NCBI GenBank assembly: GCA_051294375.1
Contig: CM119269.1
Coordinates: 22,369,808 to 22,433,807 of the forward strand
Reading direction: 5' to 3'
Length of the DNA stretch: 64,000 nucleotides
DNA from: Paraspadella gotoi
Lineage: Eukaryota; Animalia; Chaetognatha
Made by a program: the position numbers and the translations under genes. The notes beneath the pieces were generated by a model. The model did not search any database, was not told where the DNA came from, and saw nothing but the letters and a program-made list of their open reading frames with translations. This document shows positions 1 through 13,200 of the stretch, piece by piece. Each line of letters begins with the position of its first letter. Position 1 is the stretch's first letter.

Positions 1-1280
1 TTATGTATTAAAGTATATACTTAAGTACAAGTTTCCGAGGCAGTGCGTGGCGGCTTCTGATTGGTTCCCGCCCTTTCGATAGATCTCAGTCCTGATTTCT
101 ATCGACGTGTAGCCTTTCAGAATTCACTTAGTCTCACACTGCGTTTTGCTACTTTTTAATAGTTTTCAAACAATTCGCATATAGATATTCTCGGAAACAC
201 GTTTTTTAATAATAAGTTTTTGTGATCGCTGGATTGTGGACTTTCTTTGTGATAGAGGCAACATTTTACAATTCTGGCTTCAGAAACAAGTAAGAGAATC
301 TCTTTAAAATTTATATATATATTTACTGAGTGTGTATTAAATGTTTTGTTCCCTTTGTCCAGGATTTCTAACTTTAGCTTCAGAGAAGATCCTGGATTTC
401 GCATCGACTTGATCGTCCGCCTTGCGTCGACGATCATCTTTGCCGAGATTTTGTCGTCAGCCATCTTGAGCTAGTGGACCGGTGCCATCGTCTCTTCTGC
501 GCCATCTTCCTCGAATTCCTCTACTTTTGATAGCGCAGAATTAGTTCAGGAAAGTTAGCGAATCAACGATAGCCACCTCTACGACTTCATTCGTTTACAA
601 TCATTTTGCGCTATATTTTTTTTGCATCAATACTTGTTTACTTTGACGCTCGATTGGGTTTATTAGCAACAACATTTTTTGCTTAAACAGGCTTTTAAAA
701 TGAATTTAAATTAAGAAATAATGGAAAACCGGACCGAGTGAGAACTTTGTATGGGGTTTTTTGAGGCTGGGGAACTCTAATACATATATATATATAAAGA
801 ATCTAAAAAATATAAAAGGCTCTTTGAGGAGAATCAGTTTACAGACGAAACTGTTTTATATATTTTTTTAGGCCCCCTGCGCCACAATAGGAAAAAAAAG
901 TCGTTCTGCCACAATTTTAATTCCAGACAAATCCTTTCATGTTTATTTCTCCTTAAACTGTTATTTTTCACTCTGTGACAGTTTATTTTTTTTATGAGGT
1001 CGACTCGTCCCTTAACAGTTTAATTCCTATTATCAAATAAATTAATTAAACCAAGCGTTCTGGGAGTTTATAAACTGGGCGGCGAGATAGTCCTGGTTGA
1101 AAGCTATGTGATTACCTTAACTTACTAAAGTCAGAGCTTTTATATTGAATTAATAGTTAATTTTGATTTTGTTCTACTAATTTCTATTTTTTGTTTTATT
1201 TTTAATCTTCCGCCTGTCGAGCTCGCTCACACGTCTCTTCCCACACACTCCCCCCTCCCACTCCCCCCTCCTATTATCAG

Positions 1281-4200
1281 ATCAACTTCGTCGTCGGTCT
1301 CCTCGCCTCTTTGATCTTCGCCGTAGGATTTCGCCGCTGGATGTCGCCAGCGACGACTTCGCCTTTCGTCCGCCACGCGATCAGCGCCGCTGTTGGTCTT
1401 TCCCTGCTGACCTTTTGTTTCGGAAGGTGATTATTGCTATAGTTTAATAATAATAATAATAATAATAATAATATTAATAGTGATGTATGAATATGAATAA
1501 GGATATACTGGACAAATTATCAATCGTGAAAAATTAAATTATTTTTATGATTTATGAAAAATTATCAAATTTCATCGAATTTTTTTTTTTACCTGTTTTA
1601 TTCGGTCGACTTTTTCCCTTAAAAAAATGTTTAGAGTTTAAAATTAATTTTAACGAAAAATATTTTTTTAAATATTCACATTAAAAATCTTTAGGTAAAA
1701 AAATATATAAAAATATTCTATGGAAAAATATTATATTTTTGACATAAAAAGGAGGTCAAACATAAAATGAAAAATTTTCGAATATAATAAATTCCGCCAA
1801 ATAACGAATTCGAATCAAATTAAAAAAAGTCAAACTTTTGCTCGACTTTTTCTCTCATGAACATTTTTTGGGGTTTTGCTTATTTGAAGTAAAGTGAAAT
1901 CGTTTTAAGATGAAACGGTATTATAAATAAAATAAAAAACTAGACAGAGTCAAAAGAGAATATTGTTTGTACTTGTTTTGGTTGTTATCATTGTTTAACA
2001 GATTTCTTTATTCCGAAAATTTCCTGGCTATTTATTTAAAGTACGATGTAAAAAAGGAGAGACTGGCCATTATTCCCTAATACATAATGCACTAAACATT
2101 TAATTAAAACGGATTCGCTGTCCCTCAACTAAAATACATTGCCAAACAAAAAATATGGAAATAATATTTGATGTCAATCGAAAATCGACATGACATGACA
2201 TGACATCTCATTCTCCAAAGCACAAAGTTTTAAAATTCCATTTAGAGAGAAAAATTATAAATAATGTGGAAGATGGTTTTCCTTTAATTTTTTTATATTA
2301 TCTCAATACTGCATGCATGAATAGGATGCATAGTATGCATTGCATAGTTAACCCCCAAAAGTTTCATCAATTTCGAAAAAAAAAAACTTATCCCTTTACT
2401 TGGTAAAACGTTTTTTTGTTTTTTTAAAAACTCAAAATTTATTTTCAAATCTGACTTTCAACTAAGATACCATTCCTGGCAACAACTACTTTCATTGTCC
2501 GTAAGTAAATTAAATTTGCTCATTTATACAAATTAAAAATTTCAATTTAAAACAATTAGACCCACAGTTGTACTTCCCAAGAGCGTCGACCGTGACAAGG
2601 CGTTTCGCCTCAAATTCTTCGTCGTAAACACTTCGCCGCGAGCATGGAATTGGCGGCGATCCTCCTCGTTGTCTCCATCGTCCTCAACGTCGTCGACGTC
2701 GCCTCCGACGTCAAAATGGCGTCGGACAACATCAACTCAGATTCTGATCATCTTTCGAGAATCGGATGGATCTTGGTGGCCATCTTAGTTTTTCATTGCT
2801 TTGTCTCTGCATCCCAGGGATTCGTCGTCATTCGGAAATTTCAAAGGAATTTGGAGATTGATGATGATGATGATAATTAGGGTAGTTTAATTACTATCTA
2901 TATATATCACTACTATATCAATATGTCGCGATGCACAGTCTCGTGGAAAAATTTATTTACGCTATTCTCTTGAATAATTCTTTATCTTGTGACCAGAATT
3001 ATTGCTCTGTTTGATTACTAACATATGCCTTATATTCGAACGAACATCTTTATCATGACTGTTTTTCATCAGTAAGATCCGAAAGATAAGCAAAATATGT
3101 AAAAAATCAGGCTGAAAGTAGCTTGAAACGGTGACAAAATTTCATACCATCGTCACTGTAATCGATCTGGGTTAAACTTGTTGATTAAAAAAAAGTTATA
3201 TTCAAACTCAATTTACTACTAAAGATCAAGAGCTATCTTTTAAACCTACTATTTTTTTATTTAAAGGAAATTTAAGGCATATAATCAACCAAATATTTTA
3301 TATAAATATATATTAATAAATAAGAATGATATGATATGAATTATATCATATTATCATTATTATCATCCCTTTTTGATCACAATCAATTTCAACGAAAGAA
3401 ATTACCCCCGGCTTATATCAAATCCTCTATCACTGTGTGCGACAGTAGTTCTTCATCTTTTTGGGTTGGGTTCGATCGCTGTGGATGTTGACTCTTATCT
3501 TGATGAATATTTTAAAGTGAGGATGAAGGAAAAGGAGAAGGTTATAAAATCTGATCTCGTTTTCAGGTTTGTTTTTCTTTTTATCTTACTTTATTGATGA
3601 AAATTACAATTATCATAATGGAGTTATTTTAAGGGCACTGTTTACTCGATCATGATAATCAGAATTCTAAACATCTAATTTAAATGTGCCTGGAACAACA
3701 TTAAAATAATTCTAGAAGTGATTCATCTGTCTGTCTAAGAAAGGTACATAATTACTAAATAATAAGAAAATTGCAAAATTACTTGTTTTACGATTTTATC
3801 TTTTTAAGATATCTCTCTCTCCCTCTTCTTTTGTGTAATATAGCATATAGACACCTGTCCGTTTTTTATATTTAAAAATAATAAACATCATTGTTGAAAC
3901 AAAATCAAGCTTTTTTCACTTATTTCTACTACACAATGTAAAGAAAGGATTATGATACAGATTTTAAAATTTAGAAAAAGTTTGAAATTAATTTCAATAA
4001 TGATTTATTTTTTATAGGGAAAAACGAAAAACATTTTACTTTATTAAATTTATTTATTAAATTTTAATATTGTGTTGTAATCCTTTCTTTTGGTTGTGTT
4101 ATAAGTTTTAGAAAAAAGTTTTAAATTAATTTTAACAATGAAAAACATTTTTTCCATAAAAAATAAATTGTTGTTGAAATTAATTTTAAAATTTTTTCTT

Positions 4201-7200
4201 AATCTTATGACACAACTAAAAGAAAGGATTATAACACATTATTAAAATTTAAAGTTTTACCATTTCTTTGGTTTATATATTTTTATTTTTTACTTTTTAT
4301 TTATTAATCTTTAAATTAAATTTTTCATTTCTGGGATAAGGATAGGTTGCCTTCTGGAAATAGAGGGAGCCTTTATACAACTAGTATATAGTGTAAAAGA
4401 ACAAAAAATTCAGCTTGAAATTACTTATTGTTTATATATAAAACTGGTTATACCCATATATATGTTTTTCTTTTCGTTTTTAAAAAAAAAAATTAAATGT
4501 CCTAGTGTCTAATTTGCTTTTCTTCTTTTTCCTTTTATTAGATTAAACCTTATCCATGTTTTTTGTGAGTCATTTCCCCAGCTGCTTGTACAGACTGCAG
4601 CGCTGGTCCTGACATGGACGGTTGAGTCGGACCAGATCTGTCTTCCCTTAAAGTATTTTACTGGAATTGAAATGGATGCGAAGGATAAAAGCAAATATTT
4701 AGGTAAACTGTAAAAACTGTATGTGCTAACTCGATCTAAGTAAAACAGCTAAATTAGTAGTGTAAAGTGCAAAGTTGTGCAGCAAAACTTAACATTTGAC
4801 ATTTTCTATATTTAAATTTGGATGTTTATTTTTATTTAGGCTTTCTGTTTAGTTTGAAGAATGGTACACTAGTACAGACAAAAACAAAGTGCGCTTGCCC
4901 TAAAAATGATAATTTTTTACATATCCGTTCTAAAAAATGCGACTGGACAATCAACTTGCATTTGCTCGTCTTGTCCTTGGCAGTGTCAACATTTTGCATT
5001 GCAAAAGTTGCCATGGATTTCAGAAACGCGGCTGTTTGTAAATGTGCTCCTAAAAATAAAGAAAGAACCAACTCTCCAACTTTGTCAAAAATGGTTGAAA
5101 TTTCTTACCTGATCAGCAAACCATTTGGACTCCTGCAAGGTGTCATCGGAGTAACAGTATGTCTTATCATTATTTATGATAAAACAATAAATTTTTGCAT
5201 TTGGTTTGTTTTTTTAACACCACTCATTATTTTAAAAACTTTTAATACTTTAGAATTAGGTCGAGTTTTTAAGCATCTCTCTCATCCAACACTTCCTTTT
5301 TTTAATTTTATTTACAAACCGAAAGTTTTTTTTATTCATTTCTGTCTTAATTTTTTTCTTTTTTCCTTTTTTTTGAAAGTTGAACAACACAAACAGGTAC
5401 CCATCATTTTTCAAAATTCTCTCAAAGAAGGATGGGGTTTGGGAAATTTGGAAAAGGATGTTTTACCCAGAATGGAATTGTACCTAGTTGAGCCAATAAT
5501 TACAGAAAGCGACATTTTAGAGTTGAATAAAAAATTGCAATCAAATCTCACAGCTTGGTTTAATCAATTTTTTCGGTTAGACCTGCTTGTCTGTGTAAGA
5601 CAGTTAGGAATGAAAAATAAAAAGTGGGATAGGCTACAATTTTCTGTCCATCAAGAACAAAATTGTGAAAATAAAAAAAATTCTAAATCAAACTTATATT
5701 ATTTCTCTCTTTATCGTGGAAACTACTTTTTTTTAAACCCAAAATATGACCAGATATTGATCATGCTTCTTGTAGATTATTTATTGGTCTTTCTTTATAA
5801 TATGTTATTCATATTTGGCATGAAGATTATGATAAAAAGTATGCCATTTTTAGCTTATATGTTAATATGTCCTATACAATTGTATATTAATGCATATTGT
5901 TATTTTTGTCACAAAAGCATAGTGGATTTAATGAGCCAAGAAACAATAACTCACAATTCAAAATTTGAAATTATGCTAACAAGCAAACTAGTAGAATTCC
6001 AAGGTTACCTGTACCAATCGGGAGGTTTGATATCAAAACAATTTATAAATTTTGCTTTTATTTTCTTTTGCCTCACTATCGAGAATACAATTTGTAGACA
6101 TTTTAAGCCTGAGAAAACCATAATTTTTATTCTTATTTATATATTTTGCAGTTTACCAGTAATTGTTTTTTCTGTAACTAAGTATTGGGAAAAAAAAATA
6201 CAATTAGATCTATTTAATACTTTTTATCATTATTGCAATTCATCAAATACAGACGAAATATCCGAATCCTTTTTTTCCAAATCTTTATTTTTTATTTCTT
6301 TCAATGAAAACAAATTTTTTGGTATCGGATTGTTCTTCTTTCCGGCATTTAGCATAATTACTGGTTTTGTTAAAAAAAAATTTAAAGCAAATAGATGCAT
6401 GTTAATTTTAATAGTTTTAATATTGATTTTTGTAATCTATATCATCTTATTTTTGCACTTAGCATTTGAGGATAAACCAGATGTTCCGCGCATTACTGCT
6501 CAAGACAAAGATTTTTTTTATTATTTTCCTGATAAGAAAAGTAGTATATTTATTGTCTCATCAAAAAGAATTTCTCAATATTATTCAATTATAAAAGAAA
6601 ATGTGGCACTTTTTGAATATATGAAAATAGATTGTAAAAAAGTTGAAGAAAGAAACTTTTCCAATGACCCAATAGACAGGCTGTTAAAGTATGCTCATGA
6701 AGAAGCAAAACGACTGGCAGATGAAAAAATAAAAATAATTCTAAAAAATTTTGAAACTTTATTCTCTAATTTCATTATTAACGTGAGGGAAGACATAGAA
6801 AAATATTATTTAAATTTATTTTTTTTGATTTTTTTATTTTTCCCCACTATATCTTTTTTAGCCTATTATATAATTTATTAATTTTTTTTAAAAAACCTTT
6901 CTACAAGTTTTTAAAATGTAAAAAAAATATTTCCCGGTAATGATGTACTTGTAATGTTTTATATCACACATGCAGTTTAGTTAATCAACCAATGGTAAAT
7001 AAGCTTATATGTATGTACCTACTGTGAATAATTACTTTTCAGAATTTTATCCTTGAAAAAATGTTTTAAAAAATCTAAGATTCAGTAATAAAAAAACCCA
7101 AAGAAATGGCATAACGGAAACACACTTCTGAAACACTTTGTTCCAAACTACATTAAAAACATGATATTGGCGATGATCCTCCTCGTTGTCTCAATCGTCC

Positions 7201-10200
7201 TCAATGTCGTTGACGTTGCCTCCGACGTCAAAATGGCGTCGGACAACATCAACTCAAATTCTGATCATCTTTCGAGAATTGGATGGATCTTGGTTGCCAT
7301 CTTGGTTTTTCATTGCATTGTCTCTGCATCCCAGGGATTCGTTGTCATTCAGAAATTTCAAAGGAATTTGGAGATTGATGATGATGATGATAAATTAGGG
7401 GTAGTTTAATTACTATCTATATATATCACTACTATATCAATATGTCGCGATGCACAGTCTCGTGGAAAAATTTATTCACGCTATTTCTCTTGAATAATTC
7501 TTTATCTTGTGACCAGAATTGTTGCTAATGATTGATAATGATGATAAGGAATAGTAAAATTTAATAATATATTACAAGATAGAGGCTCACCCTACCGCCA
7601 GAACCTTTCTCTCCCCCGGGCCTTCTCTTCCCCCTCTCAACGCCTCCTCCTCCTCCTCCCTTCGTCGTCCCCTCCTCTTCATCCCCGGAGTCACGGATAG
7701 AGTCTTAGAGATCGGCAGTTCAACTTCTCCTCTCGGTCTTGGGATCTGCAAACCTTCCGTCTCCCTTCTCTCCCTTTTATGTATCCTTGTTCCCTTTGTT
7801 ATAGCTATTTACCTATTACCAATATATTCCTTACCCTACTTACCTCTTTTCCCTGATGAGAGACTAGTTAGAACCTACCTTTAGCTAGATACCCATCTTC
7901 TAATAATTCTAATAATCTAATAATATATACTATACAGTATATATATAGCTGGCATTGTCCAGTTTCACCCCTCCAACAGACCTAGTTACTCATTGAATAA
8001 AGCCTTGAGATCATGACCAATAAGTCAATCCCAACCCGGTATATAACTTTCAGGAAGCTTTAGGAAATTAGGATAACGGCAAACCGAAGCGACCTTCCAA
8101 ATCTTAAAGCTGTTTCATGGCTGCTTCTGGGATGGTCAATTTTCAGTCCAACATTAACATCACCATCATCCCCCATCATTAATTAGTTTATATTCCAAAT
8201 TATTTGTTTTTAATTATATGTATTTTAGTATACCATGCATGTTCAAGAATTATCCAATGTACATATATACAGTATCTAAGCTACTACTACTAAAAATAAG
8301 AAGATTGACTGACACTGATTAATGAATCATTATCATAATCTCTTCCTAACTAAAGGAGTTACTACCGCCTTGTCTCAAATCCTCTAACACTGAGTGCTAC
8401 AGTAATTATTCACCTTCTTGGACTGGGTTCGATCGCTGTCGATATTGACTCTCTTCTTGATGAATATTTAATAGTTGTTGAAGATGAGGTGAAGGTGATC
8501 AAGTCTGAGCTTGTCTTCAGGTTGGTTTTTTCTCTCTTTCTCTTCCCTCTCTGTTTTGTTCTTTGTCTTTCTTTGTACATATTCTTTATCACCTTTTAGG
8601 CCCTTGTATTTTCTCAGTTTTATACCATTTATTGGTACCTATTAACATTTTAATATCTAATTTCATTTTAATTATTCCTTTTGTCTTGCTGAAGTTCTTT
8701 CTACCTTCTCTTTTAATTTCTTTTCTCCTTCTTTTAATTTTATCCAGACACATAATCAATTTATATCTTTTCACCCTTTCGTTCTTTTTCTTCCTTGAAA
8801 TTTTTTTTTATAAATCAAGTTTTTATTTTGATTTTTTTCTCTAAATTTTTTTCCTCTCATCTCTTCCTCTTCTCTTTCAGATTAAAGTTGATTCACGTTC
8901 TCTGTGAGTCATTTCCCCAACTAATCATGCAAACCGTTGCCCTGGTCCTCACATGGACGGTGGAATCACCGCATCAGTGTCTGCCCGTTGAGTATTTCAC
9001 GGGGATTGAAATGGACGCAACAAGCAATAGAGAATCACTAGGTCGACTATGGGAACTATGGTCTGAGGGTTTTTTTGTATAATGTAATGTATAATGACAA
9101 TGTTTTCCTTGAAGGAAGTAAAATAGAGCAGCAGCTGTTATCTGAAATTTATAAACAAGTACACGTTTTATAATATTTATATCATTTTAGTTAGTAATTT
9201 GATTTAATTAGTTTTCATTTTTTAGGATTGGTGTTCGTGCTGGTGAATGGCAGTTTGATAAGAACAAATACAAAATGCAGTTGTTTGCGAAACAATGATA
9301 TTCTTCACGACCGGTCCAAGAAATGCGAGTGGCCAATCAACTTGCATTTGCTTCTCTTTTCCTTGGCTGTGTCTACGTTTTGCATCTCAAGAGTCTCGAT
9401 AGAATTTAGAAATGAGGCCATTTGTAAATTTAAACCTTTGAAAAAAAATTATGCAAATTGCTCAACTCTTTCCAAATTTGCTAAGATTTCCTACTTGATG
9501 AGCAAGCCGTTTGGGCTTGTCCAGGGGGTTATTGGAGTTACAGTTTGCTTCATCCTGATTTATGGTAAAACAATCAATTTTTGCGTTTGGTTCATTTTCT
9601 TAACGCCTGTCATCATTTTTAAACTTTTTGATCCTTCTGAATTAAGTATAGTAATTGTCCGTCTCTTGCATCCTAAGTGTCATTTCTTTGATTTTGTTTA
9701 CATACCTAAAATTTTTTTTACTCAATTTTGTCTTAATATGTTTATTTTTTCATTTTTCTTCACCATCGATCAACAAAGACACGTGTCTGTTGGTTTTCAT
9801 AATTCCATTGAGGAGGTTTGGGGCTTAGGATATTTAAAAAAGGACCTTTTGCCCAAAATGGAATTGTATCTTTCTGAACCGGTTATTACTGAAAGAAAGC
9901 TTTTAGAATTAAGCGACAAACTGCAATCAAATTTGACGGCTTGGTTGGATCAATTCTTTCAGTTGGAAAGGGTCGTATGTGTAAGACAACTGGGGATGAG
10001 AAGTAGAATGTGGCAAGAGGTAAGATTTTCCGATGTTCAGGATGATAAATGCAATAGTAAAAATAATTATTTTTCGAATGTTTATCATTTTGTTCTTTTT
10101 AGAGGAAACTTCTTTTTTTTAGACCCCAAACATGGTCAGATTTTGATCTTGCTTCTGGTGGATTATCTATTTGTCTTTTTTTATAATGTTTTGTTCCTGT

Positions 10201-13200
10201 TTGGCCAGAAAATTATGATTAAAAGTTTGCCATTTGTTGCTTATATGTTGATTGGTCCCTTATTGTTGTATGCCAATGCATATTGGTACTTTTCTCATAA
10301 CAGCATAGTTGATTTTAAGTCAAAAATTTATTTTATTCAAAAGCCTTATAAATTTCAAATTATGGTAAAAAGCAAACTAGTAGAATTGGACGGATTTTTA
10401 TCGGAATCGGGAAGTTTGATATCAAAACAATTCATTAATATGGTTTTTATTTTATTTTGTTTACTTCTTGTGAAGGTTCTGTATAAAAGCAAAAAGCCTA
10501 AACAAAAACTTAATAAATGTTTTATTTCCATATTGTGTTGTTTACCTTTCATAGTTTTTATCATAACCAGGTATTGGGAAAAAAAATTACAGTTATATCT
10601 GTTTCATACTTTTTACGATTATTGCAATTCAACAAATATGGATACAATATCTAAATCTTTTTTTTCTAAAACGATATTATTTATATCTATCAAAGAAAAT
10701 ATATTTTTTGGTGTTGGATTATTTTTCCTGCCTGCATTTAGCATAATTTCTTGTTTTGCTAAAAGAATATTTCAGATGAATAAATTAATTTTAAACATAT
10801 ACGTCTTAATAATTGGTATTTTTATTTATAGCATCTTATTTTTACTTATTACTTTTGCTGATAAACCGGATGTTCCTCATATAACTGTTCAAAATGAATA
10901 TTTATTTGATTATTTTACAGATCTAGAAAACAATATCATTTTTGTATCATTTAAAAAATTTTCTCATTATTATTCAGTTATTTATAAAAACATGGTACCA
11001 TTTGAATTAATGGCAATGGATTGTAAAAAAGAAGAAGAAAAGACCTTTGACGATGACCAAATGGGAAGGATGATGAAGTATCTTTATGAAGAATCCAAAC
11101 TAATCTTAAAAAAGAAATTAGAAACGATTCTCAATAATTTTGAAAAAATATTTTACAATTTTATAATTAATGTCGAGGAAGACCTTAAAAAACATCACTG
11201 GAATTTATTTAGTTTACTTCTCTTATTTTTTCCAAATATATTTTTTTTAGCTTATTACATAATTTATTGATAATCCTCTATTTTGAGAGGATTTTAATTT
11301 TTATTCCAAAGAAACTTTATTCAACAGTGTCTAAGTTCATTTCTAGTTTTTTATACTTTACATTGTAATAGCTATTTTAATTTCCCTGCGGCGAGCCAAA
11401 ACCTTGAAAATACCTGATATTTCAAAAAATCCATTTAGATCAACTGCACCGTAATGAAAAAATGTAACCAATTTACCTTTTCAGAAATTTAACTACAATT
11501 AATAAGACATATAAAAAAGTTGCTAAGCTTAGCCAGTCTCCAAAGACTACATGGAATTTGCAGGAATTCTGGTTGTCGTCTCAGTCGTCCTCAATGTTGT
11601 CGACCTCGCCTCTGACATTAAAATGGCGTTGACCTACGTCAACTCTGAATCAGAAATTCTCCATAAAATCGGATGGATTTTGTCCGCCATATTGGTTTTC
11701 CATTGCGTAGTCTCCTCTCATCAAGGATTCTCTGTCATTCGGAAATTCAAAAGGGATCTAGAGAAAATTGAAGATGATGATGATTGTTATTATTGTTATG
11801 ATTGGTGATTCATGTTTGAAAATGTAGCGTTCATGAATCAACTACATCCTACAATTATACTGATAAACAGCCTGACAAAAGTAAAGGGCAAGATAGCTTA
11901 TTTACTAAAGTGTAGTAAAAAGTTTAAATTTAACTTAAATCAAAATTATACAACTGAGGAATGAACAATGTTGTACTAATGAACATTAATGTATAAAAGA
12001 ATGTATTATAATTTTTGCAATTTATGCATTAGGCTATATTTATATATAGTACTAAACCCTATAAATGTTATAATTTTAAAATGTTTTTTTTATCAGATTT
12101 TTTGGCAGATTTGGATTCGTCATAAAAAGTTGATAAAAAAATGTAACTCTTTTTTAAAAATTCTTAGATTAACTTGGTCAAAAATTATAAAAACCTATAT
12201 TTTAAGCTGAAAATTAAATTTTTGTATATTAAATATAGTTTTTTTAATTTTTAACCTACTTAATGAAAGAATTTTTTGAAATGAGTTCTATTTTCTTTTA
12301 TCAACTTTTGACAAGGAATTAAAATCTGCTATCAAAATGAAGAAAAGTTCATTTTAAAATTTTATGATTTTTTGAGGATAGTACTATATATAAATATAGC
12401 CTAATACGAAAATTAAAAATATAATTTTTTTTATAAATTGATGTTCACTGGTAGTATGTTGTTCATAATTGACAATTAGAATTTTCATGCTTTTACTTTC
12501 ACTACTCTCTATTTTTTACTGAATGCATGGATAAATTTTATATTGGTTTTACCAATTTCATATACATGTGATGGATGAAATTATTTGAGAATGATCAACA
12601 CAAGCTGAATCATGTCCGTCTATTAAAAATAAAATCGTTGTAACAAATTCTAAAATACTTTGCTTTTCTCTAAATATTAAACAACAACGAAAAGAAAGGA
12701 TTATCACATCATGACAATGATCAAATAATTGAATATAACATTTTTCAATATAATCATTCTTAATTTAATCTCATTTCCACGCTTTCCATTGCCACCTACC
12801 ATTAAAGGAATTATGGACGACTATACTCAAGCCGTTTAACAAAATTTGTCACAGTCTCTTTGCATCTTTTTGGCTTGGGTTCGACTCCTGTCGAAATTGA
12901 CCTTTTTCTTGATGATTATTATGAGATAGCAAAGGGGGAAGATGTGGACAAGTCCGAGCTTTCATTCAGGTTGGTCTCTTTCATTAACTTTCTTTTTCTC
13001 TTCTCTTTTACTCTCTTTTGTCTTTCTTCTTTCTAATTACTTTCCCTTAGCTTTTTCCCTATTCCAAGGTCATATCTGTGGATAAGGCGCTAAGTGGGCT
13101 GAAGATTACTATCCGTAACTTTTATGCCCCCTCAGCAGCAATGGAACGGGTCCTGGGCTTGGAACCAGGCTTGAGGATTTTCCAGGCCCCCAAGTGGGTT

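Noticed and set aside
7853-7880. Hammerhead core (ctgatgag)
   Set aside because: No downstream stem plus GAAA could be identified.
4818-11270. Organellar or bacterial insert explaining the long AT-rich ORFs
   Set aside because: Each ORF begins at a phase-1 AG acceptor matching an upstream GT donor and reads in the standard code, so these are nuclear terminal exons.
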